This document shows, piece by piece, positions 28,272 to 38,157 of a stretch of 64,000 bases of DNA. Source of the DNA: an uncultured Verrucomicrobiae bacterium (GTDB taxonomy: Bacteria > Verrucomicrobiota > Verrucomicrobiia > Chthoniobacterales > UBA10450). The notes below the pieces were generated by a model that was not told the origin of the DNA, did no database searches, and saw only the letters and a list, made by a program, of their open reading frames with translations. Location: positions 1,568,001 through 1,632,000 of the forward strand of contig CAWFGO010000001.1 of the NCBI GenBank assembly GCA_963815455.1, written 5' to 3'. Position numbers and translations under genes: made by a program. Each line of letters opens with the position of its first letter. Positions within the stretch are counted from its first letter, which is position 1.

Positions 28272-31200
28272 GTGGATTCTGGTTTGAAGGTTCGAGCGGC
28301 AAGATATTCGTAAAGTTCGCGGCGCGTATTCACGTCGTGCTGAGCCTGGGCATGCAGTCGCATGGCGGCTTCGGGGCGCGTTTTTTCGAGCATCCGGAAG
28401 CGATTCTCCAGGCCGAAATAATCGGCCACCTTGATCCCGGCCGGCGCGGAATCGAGCTGGAGCGGGTTCTCGCCCCGCGCGGCGCGCTCGGGGTTGTAGC
28501 GATAGAGAAGCCACTGCGCCGATTTCACGGCGGCTTTTTGGTTTTGCATCGCGGTGGTCATGTTGATTCCGTGCGCGATGCAATGGCTGTAGGCAATGAT
28601 GAGCGCCGGTCCGTCGAAGGCTTCGGCTTCGAGAAATGCTTTCAGCGTGTGCTCGTCCTTTGCACCCATCGCCACCGAGGCCACGTAAATCGTCCCGTAG
28701 GTCATGGCCATCAGGCCAAGATCTTTCTTTGGGCCGCGTTTTCCGCCGGACGCGAACTTGGCTACCGCGGAGCGCGGCGTGGACTTCGAACACTGGCCGC
28801 CGGTGTTCGAGTAAACTTCGGTGTCGAGCAACAGCACCTTGACGTTGCGCCCGCTGGCCAGGACGTGATCGAGTCCGCCGTAACCGATGTCGTAGCCCCA
28901 GCCGTCCCCGCCGACGATCCAGACACTTTTCCGCACCAACAGGTCGGCCAGGGCGAGCAAGCGTTTCGCCCCGACGCCGCCTAGCGATGCCAGCCTGCGC
29001 TTCAGCTCGACCACGCGCTCACGCTGATCGAAGATGTCCGCGTCGTCGCGTTGCCGGGCATTCAAAATCTCCAGGGCAAGATGGCGCCCAACCTGAGGCG
29101 AGAGCTCATGGAGCAGTTCTCCGGCGAACTCCTGCTGCTTGTCGATCGAAACCCGGAACCCGAGACCGAATTCGGCGTTGTCTTCAAATAACGAATTCGA
29201 CCAGGCCGGCCCGCGCCCATCGCGATCCTGGGTGTAAGGCGTGGTCGGCAGATTGCCGCCGTAAATCGACGAGCAACCGGTCGCGTTCGCGATGATGAGC
29301 CGGTCGCCGAACAACTGGGTGAGCAACTTGATGTAGGGCGTTTCGCCGCAACCGGCGCATGCTCCCGAGAATTCGAACAGCGGCTGTTGCACCTGCATCG
29401 CCCGGACGTTCGCCGTCGAAACCTGCCGGCGATCCAGTTCCGGCAACGTCAGAAAGAAATTCCAGTTCGCCCGCTCCGTTTCCCGTAACGGAAACTGCGG
29501 CCGCATATTGATCGCTTTCAATCGCGCCTCGGATTTGTTGCGGGCCGGGCAGACATCCACGCAAATGCCGCAGCCGGTGCAATCTTCTGCTGCTACTTGA
29601 AGGGTGTAGCTCAGCTCTTTCCAATCCGGCAGGCGCGCGTTGGTCGACTTGAACGACGAAGGCGCGCCTTCCAGTTTCTCCGGCTGATACACTTTGCTGC
29701 GAATAACGGCGTGCGGACAGACCATCACGCACTTGCCGCACTGGATGCAGACCTGCGGATCCCACACCGGGATCTCCGCGGCGAGATTCCGCTTCTCCCA
29801 TTGGGTGGTGCCGGTGGGATAGGTGCCGTCGTTAGGCAAGGCGCTCACCGGCACGCGATCGCCACGCCCGGCCATGATTTCGCCCAGCACATTTTTCACG
29901 AACACCGGCGCATCGGCAAGGTGACCGTTGGGTTTTGCGCCATTGCCGCTCACGCGTTCTGCCACTTTCACTTCGATCAAATGGGCCAGCGTGTGATCGA
30001 CAGCCTTCAGATTCTTCTCCACCACTTCCTCGCCCTTTTTGCCATAGCTCTTTTGAATGGAGTCCTTGATCGCGGTGATCGCCTGTTCCCGAGGCAGCAC
30101 CCCGGCAATGGCAAAGAAGCAGGTCTGCATGACGGTGTTGATGCGACCGCCCATTCCGCACTCGTGCGCGACCTTGTTGGCGTCGATCACGAAGAAACGC
30201 GCCTTCTGCTCAATCAACCTGCGTTGCACATCTTCGGGAAGATGGGCCCAGACTTTCTCGCGATCGAAGGGCGTGTTGAGCAGGAACGTTCCGCCCTTGG
30301 CCAGGTCTCGCGAAACATCGCATGTTTGAAGAAGAAATGCCTGATGACAGGCAACGAAGTTCGCCTTGGTAATGAGGTAGGTGGAGCGAATCGGATGCGG
30401 TCCGAAGCGCAGATGCGAGATGGTCATCGCGCCCGCTTTCTTCGAGTCGTAAACAAAATATCCCTGGGCGAAGTTATCCGTGTTTTCGCCGATGATCTTG
30501 ATCGACTCCTTGTTGGCGCCCACCGTGCCGTCCGAGCCGAGGCCGAAGAATTCGGCGCGCACGACTTCGTCCGGTTCGATGGAGAATTCCGGATCGAATG
30601 CCAGACTCGTGTGCGAGAGATCGTCGTCGATCCCGATGGTGAAATGATTCTTCGGCGTCTTTCTCGCGAGATTGTCGAGGATCCCCTTGATCATCGCCGG
30701 TGTGAACTCCTTCGAGGAAAGCCCGTAGCGGCCGCCCACCACTCGCACGTCGCGTCGGTCCTGTTCGTAAAGCGCATTCACGCAATCGAGATAGAGCGGT
30801 TCGCCGCCCGCGCCCGGCTCCTTGGTGCGGTCGAGCACCGCGATGTTGCGCACCGTTGCGGGCAGCGTTTTCGCGAAAGCGGCTCCATCGAACGGCCGAT
30901 AAAGCCGCACCTTGAGAACGCCCACTTTTTCTTTCCGGGCGACAAGAAAATCGATCGTCTCATGCGCGGCTTCGCAGCCGGAGCCCATCAGGGCAATCAC
31001 GCGCTCGGCATCGGGCGCGCCGTGATACTCGAAGAGTCCATAACTGCGTCCGGTCAGCTCCGCGAACCGATCCATCGTCCGCTGCACGATCCCGGGGCAG
31101 GCGGCATAAACCGGGTTCACCGTTTCGCGCGCCTGAAAAAACACATCGGGATTTTGCGCCGTGCCGCGGATGACCGGGTGATCCGGCGAAAGGGCGCGGG

Positions 31201-31909
31201 CCCGATGCTCGAGGACGCGCGTTTCATCAATCATGGCCTGCAACACATCCTCCGGCACGATCTCGATTTTGGAGATTTCGTGCGAGGTGCGGAACCCATC
31301 GAAGAAATGGAGAAACGGGAGGCGCGATTCGAGGGTGGCGGCGTGCGCGATCACCGCAAGGTCCTGCGCTTCCTGCACCGACGCCGAGCAAAGCATGGCC
31401 CAGCCGGTTGCACGTGCGGCCATCACGTCGCTGTGATCGCCGAAAATGGAAAGGGCCTGCGCCGCGAGCGAACGCGCCGCGACGTGAAACACCGTCGGCG
31501 TCAGCTCGCCGGCGATCTTGTACATGTTCGGGATCATGAGCAGCAACCCCTGCGACGCGGTGAACGTGGTACTCAGTGCCCCGGTCTGAAGCGCACCGTG
31601 AATGGCCCCGGCCGCGCCGCCTTCGCTTTGCATTTCCACCACTTCCGGCACGGTATGCCAAAGATTCTTTACGCCGCTGGCCGACCAGGCATCAGCCCAT
31701 TCGCCCATCGGCGAAGCTGGGGTGATCGGATAAATGGCAATGACTTCATTGAGCGCGTAGGCAATCCGCGCCACGGCCTCGTTGGCGTCGAGTGTCCTAC
31801 AGCCGGTTCCTGTTTTACGACGACCGACCGTGCGGCCCCCGCCTCGAGAATTTGACCCCGTAGTCGAGATCGGCTCCGCTATCTCTTGTTCCTTTGCCTG
31901 TACCTTCAT
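28268..31909 (-). CDS. nifJ: Pyruvate:ferredoxin (flavodoxin) oxidoreductase, single-chain type
   Basis: IYPITPAS, EMQSEGGAAG, GLGSDGTVGANK, two 4Fe-4S motifs (CIQCGKCVMVCP, CTGCGICVDVCP), GACAGCGE, GGDGWGYDIG. Confidence 0.96.
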   Translation of the reverse strand: MKVQAKEQEIAEPISTTGSNSRGGGRTVGRRKTGTGCRTLDANEAVARIAYALNEVIAIYPITPASPMGEWADAWSASGVKNLWHTVPEVVEMQSEGGAAGAIHGALQTGALSTTFTASQGLLLMIPNMYKIAGELTPTVFHVAARSLAAQALSIFGDHSDVMAARATGWAMLCSASVQEAQDLAVIAHAATLESRLPFLHFFDGFRTSHEISKIEIVPEDVLQAMIDETRVLEHRARALSPDHPVIRGTAQNPDVFFQARETVNPVYAACPGIVQRTMDRFAELTGRSYGLFEYHGAPDAERVIALMGSGCEAAHETIDFLVARKEKVGVLKVRLYRPFDGAAFAKTLPATVRNIAVLDRTKEPGAGGEPLYLDCVNALYEQDRRDVRVVGGRYGLSSKEFTPAMIKGILDNLARKTPKNHFTIGIDDDLSHTSLAFDPEFSIEPDEVVRAEFFGLGSDGTVGANKESIKIIGENTDNFAQGYFVYDSKKAGAMTISHLRFGPHPIRSTYLITKANFVACHQAFLLQTCDVSRDLAKGGTFLLNTPFDREKVWAHLPEDVQRRLIEQKARFFVIDANKVAHECGMGGRINTVMQTCFFAIAGVLPREQAITAIKDSIQKSYGKKGEEVVEKNLKAVDHTLAHLIEVKVAERVSGNGAKPNGHLADAPVFVKNVLGEIMAGRGDRVPVSALPNDGTYPTGTTQWEKRNLAAEIPVWDPQVCIQCGKCVMVCPHAVIRSKVYQPEKLEGAPSSFKSTNARLPDWKELSYTLQVAAEDCTGCGICVDVCPARNKSEARLKAINMRPQFPLRETERANWNFFLTLPELDRRQVSTANVRAMQVQQPLFEFSGACAGCGETPYIKLLTQLFGDRLIIANATGCSSIYGGNLPTTPYTQDRDGRGPAWSNSLFEDNAEFGLGFRVSIDKQQEFAGELLHELSPQVGRHLALEILNARQRDDADIFDQRERVVELKRRLASLGGVGAKRLLALADLLVRKSVWIVGGDGWGYDIGYGGLDHVLASGRNVKVLLLDTEVYSNTGGQCSKSTPRSAVAKFASGGKRGPKKDLGLMAMTYGTIYVASVAMGAKDEHTLKAFLEAEAFDGPALIIAYSHCIAHGINMTTAMQNQKAAVKSAQWLLYRYNPERAARGENPLQLDSAPAGIKVADYFGLENRFRMLEKTRPEAAMRLHAQAQHDVNTRRELYEYLAARTFKPEST

Positions 31910-32177
31910 GAGCGATTCTCCATTTGATCATGAGACTAGCCCTCCTGGCTCGAACGCGATGTACCGTCGTTGCGTTTTGCTGTGCAGTTATTGCGCACAG
32001 ATCAAAGGATTATCCCACTTTACGAAATGATCCGCAGTTGGCACGTAGTGAGCTGTTCCGGCATTTCGCATTTCGGTGGGTGGAAACGTCGCGAAACCGA
32101 TGATCAAGAAATGCGCAGTGATTCCCAAGCTATGCGCAGGCCGCCGCCCCGGTCGTGCGAGGCTTATAGAAGAAACC

Positions 32178-33674
32178 ATGTCGGACCCGAACGAAACTCA
32201 CGGCGCAACGTGGCCAACAAAACATAACTGGCGTCACATCGCGCGGGAATCGCCCCCTAAACGCGACGTCGCCGAGCGCGTTTGCGACTTCGATGAGATT
32301 TACGGCCTGTATGATGAAGCGACGGCCCGTGCGCAGGCCAGTCGCTGTATTGATTGCCCCGACGCCCCCTGCGCTCAGACCTGTCCCCTGGGCAACCGAA
32401 TTCCGGTGTGGCTGGCCTTGGTGGCGGACGGGCGCTTCCTCGAAGCGGCGGAGTCGTCGCGCTCCACCAGTAACATGCCCGAAATCTGCGGCCGGGTCTG
32501 CCCGCAGGAACGGTTGTGCGAAGGCGCCTGCATCCTGAACGCGCGCTCCGACCCGGTCGCCATCGGGGCGATTGAAAAATTTCTTAACGAGTACGCGTTT
32601 GCGCATGACACGGTGGATGGCGCGGTTGCCGCACCTAATGGACTCAAGGTCGCGGTCGTGGGCAGCGGTCCCGGTGGCATCGCCTGCGCGGATGAACTGG
32701 CCCGGGGTGGCTACGCCGTCACCGTTTTCGAATCGCAAAGCCGGGCCGGCGGGCTGTTGGTCAACGGCATTCCGTCGTTCAAGCTCGAGAAGCCGATCGT
32801 GGAACGGCGGCTCGATCTATTGCGCCGTCGCGGCGTCACCTTCCGCTGCGGTGTCAAAATCGGTCGCGACATTTCGTTGGCGGAGCTGCGCAGACATTAC
32901 GACGCGGTTTACCTGGCGATTGGCGCGCAAAAACCGAAACCGCTCGGAATTCCCGGCGCTGATCTGCGCGGAGTCTTCGATGCGTTGCCGTTCCTGATTC
33001 AAAAGAATCTCGACGCAGCGACCGAAGAGCCGCCGGTCGAGATCGCCGGGAAGCGCGTTGCCGTGTTGGGTGGGGGCGATACCGCAATGGATTGTCTGCG
33101 CACGGCGATCCGTTCCGGCGCCCGCGAAGCGATTTGCATTTATCGCCGCGACCTCGAAAACATGCCCGGAAGCCGGCGCGAGTATCTGAACGCGGTGGAA
33201 GAAGGGGCGCGGTTCATGTTTCTAACGAATCCGATCGCATTGTCAGGCGGCGACAACGGTGAGGTTTCCGCCGCGCACTGCGTGCGGATGGAATTGGGCG
33301 AACCGGATTTGAAGGGGCGACGGAAGCCGCGAACCGTTGTCGGGTCTGAGTTCGACGTGCCGGTCGATGTCGTGCTGGTCGCTTTCGGCTTCGATCCGGT
33401 GCCGATCTTTGCGGCCGGCAATTCCGAAAACATTGAAGTCAACGGGTGGGGAGGCGTCGTGGTCGATCCCAATCAAATGACCAGCGTGCCCGGCGTCTTC
33501 GCCGGCGGCGATCTCGTTCGCGGCCCCGATCTGGTCGTGCGCGCGGTGCGCGACAGCCGGAAGGCTGCCGCTGGCATTCACGAGTATTTGTCATCGCAAA
33601 AAAACGCACCGGTAGCCGAGCGCGGCTACGGATACAACCATTGCTTCTGCCAGCCACCGTCAGAGCGCTTGTAA
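32178..33674 (+). CDS. GltD/PreT/NfnL-like FAD- and NAD(P)-dependent Fe-S oxidoreductase
   Basis: RCIDC..APC..TCP, CGRVCPQERLCEGAC, GSGPGG, GGGDTAMDC, GVFAGGD. No gltB partner in the window. Start at MSDPNE. Confidence 0.9.
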   Translation: MSDPNETHGATWPTKHNWRHIARESPPKRDVAERVCDFDEIYGLYDEATARAQASRCIDCPDAPCAQTCPLGNRIPVWLALVADGRFLEAAESSRSTSNMPEICGRVCPQERLCEGACILNARSDPVAIGAIEKFLNEYAFAHDTVDGAVAAPNGLKVAVVGSGPGGIACADELARGGYAVTVFESQSRAGGLLVNGIPSFKLEKPIVERRLDLLRRRGVTFRCGVKIGRDISLAELRRHYDAVYLAIGAQKPKPLGIPGADLRGVFDALPFLIQKNLDAATEEPPVEIAGKRVAVLGGGDTAMDCLRTAIRSGAREAICIYRRDLENMPGSRREYLNAVEEGARFMFLTNPIALSGGDNGEVSAAHCVRMELGEPDLKGRRKPRTVVGSEFDVPVDVVLVAFGFDPVPIFAAGNSENIEVNGWGGVVVDPNQMTSVPGVFAGGDLVRGPDLVVRAVRDSRKAAAGIHEYLSSQKNAPVAERGYGYNHCFCQPPSERL

Positions 33675-34261
33675 AGAATGCGTTCGTGGCGGCGGAATGG
33701 TCTCTGAACCCAAAATTCAATCCGGTCCGGCACCACGCGAAATCCCGACCAGAATGGCGGGCGCGGCACTTCGCCGATCCCGAATCGAATCACGGCCTTG
33801 GCCACTTCGGCTTCCAGCTCAAAATAGCCGTGCATTTCTGTCGATTGCTTCGAGGCCCACGCGCTGATCTGACTTAGCCGCGGGCGCGTTGCAAAATAGG
33901 CGTCGGCTTCTTCATCGCTAACGATCTCCGTCTGTCCGCGAACGCGGACCTGCTTGCCCAGATTGTCCCAATAGAAACAGAGCGCCGCCCGCGGCTCATG
34001 GAGCAACGCCTGTGCTTTCGGGCTTTGCACGTTTGTGTAAAAAACGAATCCCCGCTCGTCGAAGCCCTTGAGCAAGATCATCCGCGCGTCCGGGTACCCA
34101 TCGGCGTCAACGGTCGCCACTGTCATTGCGCCCGGTTCCTTGAATCCCGCTTCGATCGCCTCCTGGTGCCAGACTCGAAAAAGCGCGATCGGATCGTCGC
34201 CGCAATGGGGATGCTCGATTGATTGGGCCTGATCGAGCAGCGGCTCCTTTGCCTCAGACAT
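33626..34261 (-). CDS. pdxH: Pyridoxamine 5'-phosphate oxidase
   Basis: AMTVAT, ARMILLK, FVFYTN..SPK, QVRVRG, YFATRPR.SQISAWASKQS, PRPPFWSG, IEFW. Confidence 0.94.
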   Translation of the reverse strand: MSEAKEPLLDQAQSIEHPHCGDDPIALFRVWHQEAIEAGFKEPGAMTVATVDADGYPDARMILLKGFDERGFVFYTNVQSPKAQALLHEPRAALCFYWDNLGKQVRVRGQTEIVSDEEADAYFATRPRLSQISAWASKQSTEMHGYFELEAEVAKAVIRFGIGEVPRPPFWSGFRVVPDRIEFWVQRPFRRHERILYKRSDGGWQKQWLYP

Positions 34262-36677
34262 GGTGTTTCGCCGACCGGTCCTGAATGTAAGCTTGGATCG
34301 CCCCGAATTGGCTTACGCCGTCGAGGCCTGCTTCCGACATGACCATGTCGCCGCGCCCGCTTCCGAGAAAATGCCCATGCCGGAATGGATGGAGTGAGTG
34401 AGCGCGTCCGTAATCGGAACGCACCCAGCGTGACATTGTCGCAAATGTGAAATCGGTGATGCCCATGGCTTCCCGTTGATGCGCTTCGGGAAAAATTCGC
34501 TCGCGCTCGGCTGGCGGCAACATATCGAACAACTCACTTGAGGTGATGACGTAAACATTTAGACCAAGACCTGCGTTATTGATTAACGGTAATGTCTCGG
34601 TCACGAATGCATTCGCGACCCCGGTGCCTTGAAGGACAATTGTGCCTTCGGCATGACCGTTCGCCGAACGCAGACGGTAAACGCCCTGGGCGGCGAGTGC
34701 GGCCGAGGGCAGACCCAGTGCCGCGCGATCAAGTACCGTTTCGGACGGACGCGTGACAAACGGCGCGATGATCGCCGGGCGCTTCGCCAGCGCCGCCGAC
34801 ACCAGGAACCAGATTTCCTGCGGATCCCATGGCGTCAGTGTGATCATCGAGCCGAGCGGAAAGTTGTCCTGAAGCAATTGCAGCGCTTGCGGGTCGGCGT
34901 GGGTCGGACCGTCTTCGCCGGTTTTTAAACCGGCATGCGCGCAGATCAGGAAGAACGGACGGAACGCGCCGCCTTCCATTGCAACGCGTGCCTGGTTGCC
35001 AATCGCGTGGAGCCGCGCTGCGATATGTCCGAGCGGCGCGCTGAATGCGCCGTAGGATGAGCCGGCCCCGATGTGCGCGCCAAACGCTGAGATCCCGGAC
35101 AACATCGACATGATGGCATCTTCGCAAATGCCGCCGATGGCGAGCTGGCGCGCACCCGGGTTGGTCTGCCGGTTGTAAAATCCAGTCGGGAAAGTGTCGC
35201 CCACTTTGTTGATGCTTGTCGATCCAAGCAAGTCGGCCGCGGCAATCACAAACCCACCGTTGGTGGCCTTATTATAATAGTTGAGCGTGCGGCCAAGCTC
35301 GTCGCGCAGCGTTGCCTGGGTCCGGAACTTGAGCGCGAGCTCGCTCGGCGCGTGACCATTAACTTGTCCCGCGATTTGGTAGGCGATGTCGATCTTGGGC
35401 GCGTCGGTGCGCGGTTTGCGATCAGACGTGTTCAACCGCTTTTGCGCGGCGCGCAATTGTGCGGCCAGTGCTTCCACGGTCGATGGCTCCAGTTCGAGCG
35501 CGTGCCGGATGATGCCGAGCGTTTGCCAATAACATTCTTCCAGAATGGTCGCATCCGTTCCGCAGTTGCAGCGCTGGGCGCCGTCGCAATGGGGGATCGG
35601 TTTCTCATCTTTCGGTAACAGCGGCGCGACCGCGGTGAAAAACGCGTTGGAACAGAGCCCGTGCCCGGCCCCATGTGAAGCGCGCCCCTCGATTCCATAA
35701 CGCCAGCCTTTGATCGTGCGATAGACAATCGCGGTGGGTTGGCCGTTATGAAGATCGAGCGCCAGACGCTGCGCGAACGTGATCTGCTGCCAATCGAACC
35801 CGTCCGGCACGTAGATCACGTTCCAATCGTGCAGATAAGCGAGCTCGGCCGGTGTCCATTGCACATAATCGCCGGGCAACTCACCGTCACGACAAACCCG
35901 ATTGGAATCGATCGACGCCTGATTCCAATCGACATGCAGAACGATGTTGTCGAGCGAAGCCGTGCCCGCTGCCGCCAGGGCCTCCGCCACACGGCCCGGC
36001 GTCATCCCGCCTTCGCCCTCTATTATATGTACGCGGGGCGCGTTCTCGCCGTAAACGTCAGCCGCGGCCCAGGCCAAACCGAAGGATGCCGGGATTCCGA
36101 CTCCGGATGCCCCGGTTGAAAGTCGGACGAACGGTGTTGCCGGCGTGGGATGGCCATCGAGAGGTTTCGCGTGAAATTGCTTCAAGAGCGGCGTGTGCGA
36201 GGCCGGGTTGCGGCGAAAGCCGAGTAAATCTTCGAGCCGCAACTGAAATTTCTCGTTCGTTGGCAACAGATCAGGCGCCGCAATTCGCGCGATCTCGTTG
36301 CGCAACGCCCACATTGCGTAAAGACCCAGCGCTTTGTGCCCGGCTGCATAGGAAATAATGTCGGCGTCCAAACGATCCGGACGCGACAGATCGTAATCCA
36401 TCGCGTCGAACAACAAACGGGCCACGAAACGGCCGGACGAAATCGAGCCGCCCGGATGGCCCGACATCGGCGCGTAGTTGTACATCACCGCGCAAAGCGT
36501 TCGATAAAAGAGATCAAATGTTTCGCAATCCTGAAGTGTCGATTCGTCGAGCGGGTCGCCTTCCTCTGCGAGACGTTCAGCTGCGTTGATGAAGACGCCG
36601 CGACGCGGCCCGAATGACATTGTCGATCTTTCAGGGCGAGTCGGCGCCGTTGGCCGTGAAGTGAGTTCTGTTAGCAT
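34254..36677 (-). CDS. Transketolase-like TPP-dependent enzyme (divergent, about 800 aa)
   Basis: SGHPGGS, AAGHKA, LDGHP, STGASGVG, GICE, GEDGPTH. Start set at MLTELT. Confidence 0.85.
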   Translation of the reverse strand: MLTELTSRPTAPTRPERSTMSFGPRRGVFINAAERLAEEGDPLDESTLQDCETFDLFYRTLCAVMYNYAPMSGHPGGSISSGRFVARLLFDAMDYDLSRPDRLDADIISYAAGHKALGLYAMWALRNEIARIAAPDLLPTNEKFQLRLEDLLGFRRNPASHTPLLKQFHAKPLDGHPTPATPFVRLSTGASGVGIPASFGLAWAAADVYGENAPRVHIIEGEGGMTPGRVAEALAAAGTASLDNIVLHVDWNQASIDSNRVCRDGELPGDYVQWTPAELAYLHDWNVIYVPDGFDWQQITFAQRLALDLHNGQPTAIVYRTIKGWRYGIEGRASHGAGHGLCSNAFFTAVAPLLPKDEKPIPHCDGAQRCNCGTDATILEECYWQTLGIIRHALELEPSTVEALAAQLRAAQKRLNTSDRKPRTDAPKIDIAYQIAGQVNGHAPSELALKFRTQATLRDELGRTLNYYNKATNGGFVIAAADLLGSTSINKVGDTFPTGFYNRQTNPGARQLAIGGICEDAIMSMLSGISAFGAHIGAGSSYGAFSAPLGHIAARLHAIGNQARVAMEGGAFRPFFLICAHAGLKTGEDGPTHADPQALQLLQDNFPLGSMITLTPWDPQEIWFLVSAALAKRPAIIAPFVTRPSETVLDRAALGLPSAALAAQGVYRLRSANGHAEGTIVLQGTGVANAFVTETLPLINNAGLGLNVYVITSSELFDMLPPAERERIFPEAHQREAMGITDFTFATMSRWVRSDYGRAHSLHPFRHGHFLGSGRGDMVMSEAGLDGVSQFGAIQAYIQDRSAKHHV

Positions 36678-37003
36678 AGGTGTTTTCCTTCCTGGATGAA
36701 GTCTTGAAATCCGGCGACGTCGCTCGCGGCATTGCGAATCCGTGCGAGAGCGATTTGGAGATCGTCCAGCGCGGTCGCGATCGAAAACCGGAGATAATGT
36801 TGACCTTCGGATCCGATGGACCCGAACGATCGCCGATCCATCGTCGCGACCCGATGGCGCCAAAGCAAAAAAATCTGCACCAGTGTCGAGGGACTGCTTC
36901 GTTCGCGCTCGCCCGGTTTCGGTTTTTGCCCGGTCACGACCGGCCTGGTCTTTCCAGGTTCCGGCTTTGTCACCGGCTCCGGCCGAATTAGAACGGTATT
37001 CAT
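36671..37003 (-). pseudogene. Probable remnant: C-terminal end of a class I/II PLP aminotransferase fused to a low-complexity N-terminus
   Basis: FLLWRHRVATMDRRSFGSIGSEGQHYLRFSIAT..DLQIALARI resembles the aminotransferase C-terminal VA..G..FG..G..RxS motif. No PLP-lysine domain is present. Confidence 0.55.
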
Positions 37004-37189
37004 ATGATTTCTTCTCCAGCAATCTCCGTGAATTCTTGAATAAGAAGATTGTTCTTCGAGCCGAAATGCGCCACGCGACTATTGGCAAAAAGCAGGCGTT
37101 TTTTGTGATCGCGAATCCGGGCCTGCAACGATGGCCGATCCGCTTGCAGTCGATTTCCGACCCGATCGATCCCGGGCTAATCCAAATCC

Positions 37190-38113
37190 CTACGCAGCCT
37201 TGGTCGTGCGTTTGCCGGTGGCGAGGTGTTCTCGAAACTCGGTTGGCGACTGACCAAAGACTCGCTTGAAGGCGCGATTGAATTGAGTGAGCGATTGAAA
37301 ACCGACGTCGTAGGCGATTTCGCTGATCCGCAGGTTCGGATTCAACAAACGATTTCTGGCATCCTCCAGGCGCACCCGCGCCACATAGTCGGTAAACTTG
37401 AGTCCCGTGCTCTTGTGAAAAACCTTGCAGAAATGAAACAGACTCGCGCCCGCTGCCTTGGCGACGTCGGCGAGTGATAGTTCCTCGGCTTTGTGTTTGT
37501 CAATGTACTCCCGGGCCTTCTGCACAAGGGGCGGCTCCGCATTCTGTTGTTCGAGCACAATCTGATTGATCAAGGTCGAGAGTTGCTCGGCGAAAAATGT
37601 AAGGAGGCGGACGATTCCGCTGTAGCGGTCGGGCGTGCTGAGCGGATTTTTCTCCCAGGCTTTACGGAGTTCGCCGGTGAACCGGACTCCATGGCGCGCC
37701 AATTCGCGGCTCACTCTTGTCGTATCCGATTTGACCGGCAGGTGCCGTAATACCTGCCCGATTCGCAGGTATCCGATGGTTTCCGGGCCGAGCTTCACCG
37801 GAATAGCGGTCTCGGTCAGGCCAAATGGGCAAGTCACCGTGTGTGGAATGTCGCCAGTATGGTGAATCATTTCGTCATGCGCTCGCAAACACACCGCGAG
37901 CGTCGCCGGGTTCTCTGCGAGCAAAGCGCAGAATAAGTTTTCTTGTTTCTTCCCGTGATGGGAAAGTTGCCAATATTCCAAGGGCTGAAGGGCCAGGGGC
38001 AAGCCGGTGGCTTTCGTAAAAACGCCTTCGTAATCGCGAAACAATCGCGATCGCCGCAACATGTCGATCAATTGCTTGTTCGCAGTTGCATCTCGTGACT
38101 CAGCTTGAGGCAT
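37190..38113 (-). CDS. AraC-family transcriptional regulator with PocR-like sensor domain
   Basis: N-terminal FTKATGLPL...NLFC...TCPFGLTETAIPV; C-terminal HFCKVF..TG..FTDYV..VR, ISEIAYDVGFQSLTQFNRAFK. Confidence 0.9.
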   Translation of the reverse strand: MPQAESRDATANKQLIDMLRRSRLFRDYEGVFTKATGLPLALQPLEYWQLSHHGKKQENLFCALLAENPATLAVCLRAHDEMIHHTGDIPHTVTCPFGLTETAIPVKLGPETIGYLRIGQVLRHLPVKSDTTRVSRELARHGVRFTGELRKAWEKNPLSTPDRYSGIVRLLTFFAEQLSTLINQIVLEQQNAEPPLVQKAREYIDKHKAEELSLADVAKAAGASLFHFCKVFHKSTGLKFTDYVARVRLEDARNRLLNPNLRISEIAYDVGFQSLTQFNRAFKRVFGQSPTEFREHLATGKRTTKAA

Positions 38114-38157
38114 GTAAGAAACCCGATGGAAGAGTTTCTCTTAGCCCCAATGCCTGG

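Noticed and set aside
29597..31855. 752-aa plus-strand ORF and many other long antisense ORFs
   Set aside because: Shadow frames opposite well-supported genes (here PFOR) in GC-rich DNA; no recognisable motifs.
33626..33674. Convergent overlap of the GltD-like gene and pdxH
   Set aside because: The overlapping tail follows an A homopolymer near 33600 and may be an indel or a trivial read-through extension.
32178..33674. Calling this gene gltD (glutamate synthase)
   Set aside because: No large subunit gene nearby; the family includes many non-GOGAT oxidoreductases.
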